The position numbers were made by a program, and so were the translations under genes. A DNA stretch of 57,755 bases, the filler included, from Sphacelaria rigidula (Eukaryota): NCBI GenBank assembly GCA_964200075.2. It is 5 parts of 5 records of this genome, joined end to end, with 100 filler letters (N's around TTAATTAATTAA, not from the genome) between each part and the next. Parts side by side here need not be neighbours in the genome. Positions count along the whole stretch, not along the records: positions 46,287 to 57,755 come from CAXNAA020004889.1; 4 more parts are not named here. One strand, given 5' to 3'. Of this stretch, positions 49,941-57,755 are shown piece by piece. Each line of letters opens with the position of its first letter. Positions within the stretch are counted from its first letter, which is position 1. The notes under the pieces are model-generated. The model was not told the DNA's origin. It did not search any database and saw only the letters and a list, made by a program, of their open reading frames with translations.

Positions 49941-52900
49941 GTGCGCAACACAACGTAAAACACCGCAGAGCAAGAAATCGGCGAGGGCGGCGCCCTATCA
50001 CTCACAGGTTGCTATGCGGGATTTGAAAGCGTGGGACCTTGCAGCGTCAATGACTCGACCTTTTACGGTAACACAGTGGCACGAGAAGGGGGCGCCGTCC
50101 AGCTAGGGGCCGGGGAGAGCGAAACCTACGTGGAAATGCATCGCTGCTCCATGCGGAACAACACGGCGGGAGCGTACGTCCTGGACGACCCTCATGGTGA
50201 CGGCGGCGCAATTTCCGTCGGCTCAGATACCACGCTGTTGCTGGTGGAAACCCTTATGGAGTACAACTACGCCGGGAACAAGGTCGCCGTTTAGAAAGTT
50301 GAAATAAATGAATAAACAAATAAATGATTGCGTGCGTGGAAAACGTGCTTCAAACGCACGATACTAGATGATTCTACGCAGTTGTCTCTGCAGCATGTTG
50401 CTGATAGGCTTAGGTCTTTCGTATTATAGCTCGACGCAACCGGACGTTTCCACCCCGAACCCTAATATGGCACTGATAGTCCCTTGCTGGGGCTTTGAAA
50501 TTTGCATTCACAATGCATGAAGGGTGAAGAGGGTGTCCATCTAAAATTAGGACCCCTACTTTTTCAAACTGTGTGATACCCGGTGTATGCCCTTTAGATT
50601 AATTCGTCATCGTACACGAGTGGGTGGCGGAAGAAGAGGAGGACGATATTCCAAGCCGATCGCACGGGACCGCCCCTCGCCCCCCCCCCCCCTCTGCCCT
50701 CGCCCCCCCCTACCCACCGCATCTGAATACCGGTGAAGCGGTGTGATAAGACTCACATAGCTTGCGAACGTAGTTAACCGAATCTCAACGTTTTTTTCGT
50801 GCATGGGTGCCATCTGCTGTGCGTCTCTGTGGCGCTGTAAAGGTCTGCGCGTCGCTGTAATAAACCTCGTAGCCACCTCTCCGCGTCCCCGGTGCCTCAA
50901 ACCCTGTTGACCCCACTCCGAAGGCCGGGGCGATCATACTCTCGGAAGGGCACGAGTCATTGAATATTCCGGGGGGCAATGTGGTTCTCCTTAGCTGTAC
51001 ATGTGGCGGCAACCGTGCGGATCAGGGTGAAGGAGGAGCAATCTACCTCAGCCACTTTGCAGCGGTCATTGTCGAGGGTGACAGCAATAATTTCACGAAC
51101 AACTACAGCGGAGGGGGCGGGGGCGTGATGGGAGCAACGGCGAACACCACCATCTCAGTCTTCGGTGGCTACTTTTCTGGCAATTTTGGCGGCGAGGTGT
51201 GTGTGTGTGTGTTCGCGGATGAGCAGTTTTCGCGGAGTCGAGGGGTGTGGTTTGTACGCGAGGGATACGATACAGTACATGGAGTTTGCGAGGATGCGGT
51301 GTCGCTTGCCGTGGAAAACGAAACGGTGAAGCTGGACATGTGCAGGAAGGCAGAAACAGTTGAATTATACTTTTCTCCACGACAAAAGGACTTGTACATG
51401 TGTTTACGTATTTGTATTCGTTTGGGTGCGTGTTGGCAAGAGAGCCTCTCCCCCCCCAATACTGTCCCAGCCAACCAACTCCTCTCTTTTCCTTTTTTTC
51501 GTTACGCGTACGCCCGACAGTACGGCGGGGCGTTTTTGTCACGGGGAGACATAGCCATTTCTGGTGGTCTCTTCGCCGGTAACGAAGGCTATATTCGGGG
51601 AGGCGTATTTTACGTGGCCGACAATTCTACCGCGACCCTCACAGGTGGAACTTTCAGAGGGAACGTAGGGGGAACGCACGGCGGGGTTGGGTACGCCGCG
51701 GCGATGGCAACGGTAGTCGTCGAGGGAGGGAACTTTTCGGGAAACGTAGCAGAGGTCGGGGGCGGCGCCTTCTACATTGAAGACAGTGCGTCGTTTTCGG
51801 TAAGGATAGACACAGGTATGATAGCGGAGTGCGGTGGGTACGAGGGGGTGGGTGCGAGGGGTGCAACAATGATGCACATGATCTGGTCAGTGATGTACAT
51901 GTCAAGACACACATACCCGCCTGTTGTCATGTACAGTGTCCTTCATTATGGTCGAAGACTAGGCCCTAATTTAATTTATCAATACATCACACGATACATG
52001 AATATTGTGGTGTTTGATGTGTATTCCTACTCGGAGCAGAGTGGTTGCAAGTGCGCGGGTGATAGACCGCCGTTGAACAAGGCATTCCAAGAACGTCGGC
52101 ACAGCTTTCTGTGACATGTCATTCGGTTCTCGGTGTATTTGCTCCATTGAATGTGATACGGAATCTTGTTATGGTATCTGGCTTGTATCCCCCCCCTTAT
52201 CACCACTCCGCCCTTCAGTCCCAACCAGTGCTTGCCTCGTACCTGCACGCGACACATGTGCGAAGGCTAAACGTGAGCATGATTTCATATCCCCCGCATT
52301 TGGGGTCACGCAACTATCATTGTACAAGGTCACGGGCGGGAATTTTACCGCCAATTTGGCAGACTTCGGGGGCTTTCTCTACAAGGACGGGGCCGGTCTT
52401 GCCACGTGCACCGCGGCTTCGATAACGGACCACCAGGGCGTGAACGGGGGAGCGATTTATGCTGTGGGCGAAGCGGAAATCGAGTGGGAGTGTGACGTGG
52501 GAAGGAGCCATGCTCTCTCGGGTCCAGCTATGTAAGATCATTAGCTCGAGACGGCCATTTTGTTTCGCTGGCGTGTCAAATATCTCACGCGTTATCTGCA
52601 GTACTTTATACCGTGAATTATCACCAGTCGTGCCTCTTCTTGAATCTTGGTACGGCTGCCAGGCGATACCAGCCACCGGAAGATGGAAGTTACAGAGCTT
52701 TATGTGAGAAGTCATTCACCATGTGTGTCCTCCCGTAACTCCGCGTTGTCAGAGTGGACTGCAGCGTAGCAACGCCTACAGGTTAGGAAGGGTCGTGGTA
52801 CCATAATCACAAACACTTTTTGGTCGAGAGGCGGATGCGCGCATGTTTGTCATGCACAATAAAATTCATTTTCGCTGAGACGTGCTGTTTCACACCCGAC

Positions 52901-55900
52901 ATCCCTCTATGCTTTCGTCCTCTTATCCACTGGTTGCATGATTCCATTCCGGCCGGTCTTTGGTTATTTTCGCTCGACGGTGGAACCAGCTACGCTCGCG
53001 ATGGCAGCAGCGTGACGCTTCGTGGAAACACGCTGTACGACAACACGGTGACTCGAGGCAGCGTCATTATCATGGTTGCCAGTCAGTTGAGGACAATCGA
53101 GGTGACGCTTGCCTACAAACTAATCATCGCTAAATGTGTGCAATCCGTACAAGGTGTCTAGGCAGGGAGACATGCACATACAACGATAAAATGAAAATAT
53201 GGCCTCACTTCTTTCAGGATAGAGTATTGAGATGGGAGTGTTGCAATCTGCAATCAACACAAGGTGCAGAGGATGCCAACATTTCATTTCAATATAACCT
53301 GGTCGCAGCACGCCTAACGCCCAGCAGCAGGTTCCCGCATTTCGCCCAGAGATCAAGAGCATAAGATAGGACTGGTCGACCCAACTTTTAGACCGACGTT
53401 CCCGCTTTCATCACGCGTGTGAGTGTGTTCTCATGTGGCCACCTTGGGAAGCACCGAAAGTCACCCGTCCTGTCTCTTGCAAATCTGTTGAAATTCATGG
53501 CAGGTTTTGTTCAACGACAGCTCACGCTCTCCAGACGTGTCCGCCGTGCAGATCGACGCTGACTCCACGTACGAGGCCGAGTACACGACGTTTACCGGTT
53601 TCGTCGGAGAGGTACGTTATGTAACCCTAATATTCTGGCATATGCTTGTAGCATATATATATATATATAATATTGCCGTACTTGACCCCCTCACCCTCCT
53701 CGGAGTGAGGTTATAGTCTCGAGAGATCGACCTGTCTGTGCCCCGGTATCTATCGTGCTCCTTACTACCGATCGTTGGGGTAGTACTCCCGAAACACGTT
53801 GATACATATTCATTGAACATTTTTCACGTAAAAAACAGAGTTTCCCCTGTGATATAGTTTGGAAGTAACAGCCGGATCTTTGATATGGATAGATGATACA
53901 GTGAGTAAACGTGATTCAGTCGAGGTTGCAGAGCACGATCATATCGAGTGAGGTCACAGCAGCGGTTGAGAGTGCCTGAAGGGGAGAAAGTGTACGGAAG
54001 ATTGGCAAACGCGACTGCTTCGCATTCATCCTATTTGGAGTTTTAGTTGACGAAGGTCTCGTGTGTACTCCTCGTGTGGGGTTTTCGGGGTGTGGACGAT
54101 TCTTTCAGGCGGTGGTTTTCAGCGAGGGCGAACTTGTCCTCGACAGTGTCGACTTCAGCGCGAGCTCGGCGCCAGTCCTGGTCTTCATGGAAGGATCGAG
54201 CGCAAAGTCCGTCGTGCGCAACACTGTGCTTGGCGACAGTAACTGTGAGAGTGGACAGGGATATATCGTAGGGTACGGATTACATCTCCCGGAACAACGA
54301 ATAACTTTGCCTTGATCTTTCTAGTTAAATTTCGTGGTCGCACTGCAGAATGTTGTGTAATTGGAGGTTCTCACCGAGACCTATCGGAATCATGATGTCG
54401 TGGCAGGGTGCGGGCTTTTGTGCGTGGAAGAAGTCGAAACCGGGGGTTTTGTCGACTCGGGTGTTATGTCTTATCATGTACGGTGCACATCCGAGCTGTT
54501 GTTGTGTTGAACTGTGTGCTTTCGCGGTCGTTTCTAGATTCCACGTGTATGTAGCGTGACATCCATGGCCATCGTATACAAGGTGTCGCATTTATTCTTG
54601 TTATTTCCCCATTGTTGTATAGTTTCCCTGTTTTTGCCCCAGAACATCAACGCATCGAACACTGGTGTGTGACAAAGCACCTTTGTTACAAATACACCGG
54701 TGGGTCACCATGACTTGATATATTTCTCTGTTCTCTCCCGATCAAGGGGGGAGGAAATGGTGGTCAATTTTATCAGTGGACCACACAAATCGGCTCGAAG
54801 GATGACTTCCACGGGCTACTTGTCTGTACTTTCGGCAGATGGTGGCAAGAGCGTTTATGCTATAACAGCATACATGGTGGTCAGAAAATTCATCAATGGT
54901 ATCCGCTGAACCACGGACGTATCCTCGTGGCGTTTTGGTTTGCAGATGAGGCTCTCCGATCTGCAGCGAGCAGTGCCCTAGTTATACCCGTGGCGGACGG
55001 CCTCTCCAACGTCAATGTCACGTGTAGTGGGGCAGGGGACGAGCAAGCCTTATCGCCACCCTGCAGCGAGGGATCTTCTTGTGTGGAAGGAGACGTGGGC
55101 GTATACTGTCAGTGTTACGTGAGCGAGTCTACGGGCAATGAGGTGACTACACACGCGCTTTTTTGCGCGATTCGGCCCGCAGAGATAGTGTTCGGGGTTT
55201 GCTTACGAAGTCACACGAGTAGCCGACTTTCAAGAGTAGGTCGTACAGGCTGCATGTTAACCGAAAAGCACGGGTCATTATAGTAGTAACCCACGTTTTC
55301 CCCTTCGCAGGTACCATGCTCATTGTACATGGTGATGGGTGTGTTTCTATTATTTATGGGGACGGTGCGTTATACAACGTTTTTGGTCGTGATGCCGTTG
55401 TTCACGATTCGCTGCCCATTAACCCTCCTCCCTCCCCCACTATGCTCCGTCTCGAAAAGGATGCGTGGTCAATGGTCAAACGACTAAGGCAAGCAACAAA
55501 TGAGTACGACACACCACCACACCCCCCCCCCCCCCCCCCCCCNNNNNNNNNNAGCTCCAAAAGGACGGGGGGGCAAGAGAAAACAGACCAAGAAAAAAAA
55601 AAAATTCAGAAGCCCCCCCCCCCCCCCCCCACTGTGGACGCCGTTCTTCACGTGTTCCATGATGATCCACTGGTAAAACAAACCAAAAAGACCTGTGTAA
55701 GCGATGATACAGATGCGCTGGCGCTAGCAGTTCTCTCGGAGCCAGACACGACGTTTTTCCCCAACCTTCTCGAGGGCGAACTGCTTCTCTCCCACCCGGG
55801 TGTCGAGGCTGACCAAGCCACTAGCAGCAGCGGTGGGTGGGAAGGTGGCGTGATATGGAACGCGTCCGCGATATCTACGGTCACAGGCACGCCGATGACC

Positions 55901-57371
55901 TGGACAGTATTCCCATCCTCGGGCCTGATTCTTCCCGGGGAGAGGTGGGCACTAGAAAACACCCAGCGCTGATCTAAGCTGCTTTAAGAAGAATGGTAAG
56001 AGTCAGTTCGAAAGTGTGTTTTTGAAATACGCGTGATGATGTGTTGAAACACACAAGCAGCTGATGTGGGTACGGCGACAAAAACACCGCACTTACTGGG
56101 GAATGACAGCCATGGCTTTCTGTGAGCGTACAGTTAACCACTGGAACAGGGTGCGCGTGTAAAATACGTCTCCCCCCACCCCCCAGTAATCTTGCGTAGC
56201 CATCGAAACGAACGAAGAAAGCGGGCATCGACCGTGAGGATATTCTCCCGTCAGCTCTACTAATGTTCTCGTTGACAAATGAAATATCTGATTTTTCGGC
56301 GTGTGTGCATGTGTGTGTGTGTCGGAATATAAACGTAAATATGTGCTTTATTCCAGTGCAGTGAGAGGAGTGCTATTGGTGTCATAACATCATCTCTTCT
56401 GAGACTCACAGTGCTTCTCAACCTTGTATGCCACCACAAGAAAACATCTGAAGGTACTTTCGTTGCTGCCCGTCCACCCGCCAAACCCCCGCATCTCTGT
56501 ATACATGGCCCATACACCCTTAACAGTGTTATCCTTGGGGTCATCTCAGATCCAAGCGACGAATACGAGGGAACGACCACGGTAACCGTTCGCGCCGACT
56601 GGACTGGTGCTGCCTCCTCCACCGGAGTGTCGAGGAGGAAGTTGGCGACGTCTGCAGCGGAGACTAGCATGAACGTCACGTTTTACCACTGTGTCGCCGG
56701 GACATTTTGGAACACGACGAGCAACGACACGGATGGCCAGGGCTGCAACAGTTGTAGCGATGACATCCAAGGAGCTGTCGAGGTGGGTGGCGAGTCGTTT
56801 AACGCTCGGATGGATCTCACAAAATATTTTCAAAATTATTTGAAGTCACTGCACTCCAGATGATGGTGTCGATTTCGTGAATATTCACACTGGATCCATG
56901 GGGGGTCAGTTGAACTGCGACGATCGATGAACCAAACAACCACACATGTATCCAGCGGGCGCAGTCGCCTCAGCAGCAGTAGCAAAAGCAGCAGCAGAAG
57001 CAGGAGAACTAGAGCTCGCCTGCTTGAGGCCAGTATTAACGGTTTGAGGTACTCTTGCGGGCGCTATTGAATAAACGAGAATGTGCTTGCTGCACATGCC
57101 GCCAAAGTCTAACATGTGCCCTCTTCATGCGCGAGCCCTCGTTGGAGGACCCCGCTGGTCATCGTGGCGTTTGTGTGTGTTCACATGGTACGGTGCTACC
57201 GATGATGACGTTATTTTCTTCTCCGCGTCATTTTTGATCACTGTTCGCATGTGCGGTTGAAAGGGGTTGGACTGCAGCGAGCCCGGTGTATCGACAAGAC
57301 ACCTTCCGCTGAGTGATGGCTACTGGCGTGCGTCCCTGAGCGCGATCATCGTGCGAGAGTGCTTGCACGAG
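48407..57371 (+). CDS. Polymorphic-membrane-protein-like (GGA[I/L/V]/FxxN beta-helix) secreted or surface protein; 13 exons: 48407-49129, 49430-49583, 49969-50282, 50924-51196, 51521-51799, 52329-52531, 52990-53101, 53504-53611, 54109-54244, 54946-55142, 55691-55944, 56527-56782, 57264-57371; continues off the contig
   Basis: All junction phases agree. Repeated FxxNxA..GGAI motifs, an N-terminal hydrophobic stretch, and Cys-rich C-terminal modules (CVAGTFW..CNSC, GLDCSEPG..LPLSDGYWR). Confidence 0.88.
49902..49937 (+). repeat. (TA)n microsatellite in an intron
   Basis: Read directly. Confidence 0.9.
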
Positions 57372-57755
57372 GTGATGGCAGCGTTCTCGTATTCGTTTGT
57401 CAATTATCGTGTATTTATCGACAGTAGTTTCCCAGCGGTCGACTCTAATCATGAAGCCACATGCTATATCCCATGATGCAGACTGTACGGAAGCAAGCAA
57501 GCCTTCGTATTCCGTCATGGCGGTCGAAGAGGAGAAAAGTGCACCCGTTGCGTGCACACCAGTGCGAACGATCGTACGGCGAAACATGGTAGCTGAATAC
57601 TAGCGACAATATTTGGCTTCTGTGCTGCGCCTGTTGACTGCGTAGAAATGTGTTGAGTGATGCTACGATAGGGATACACAAATACTTTGTGAGGTTAGAA
57701 TTTTCAGGAGCCCTTTATCTCATGCAAAACACGACTTATGAAAATATGCGAGAGT

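Overview
Eukaryotic, intron-rich, ~50% GC DNA, most likely from a brown alga (Phaeophyceae; inferred from gene content, intron style and TTAGGG-like motifs). The window is not one locus. It is five contigs of near-identical, descending length (11472, 11472, 11471, 11471, 11469 bp) joined by artificial 100-bp N44-TTAATTAATTAA-N44 linkers. Genes reconstructed by hand with phase-consistent exons: the 3' end of proline dehydrogenase (contig 1); CFAP300/C11orf70 and an intron-rich chitin-synthase-like processive GT2 with an EDQ...QRRRW core (contig 4); and a 13+-exon Pmp/beta-helix-like surface protein (contig 5). Contigs 1 and 3 also hold three weaker low-complexity genes. Most of the rest is transposon-derived: a structured tRNA-derived SINE family, mariner-, piggyBac- and EnSpm-type MITEs, Ty3 and pogo remnants, tandem arrays, and a poly-C-linked repeat that sits at most contig ends. 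The two most interesting items are the chitin-synthase-like gene and a composite hAT-type element (two MITE units plus ~640 bp of cargo, bounded by a single exact 8-bp TSD). No CRISPR array, rRNA, genuine tRNA or Fanzor/TnpB was found by eye.
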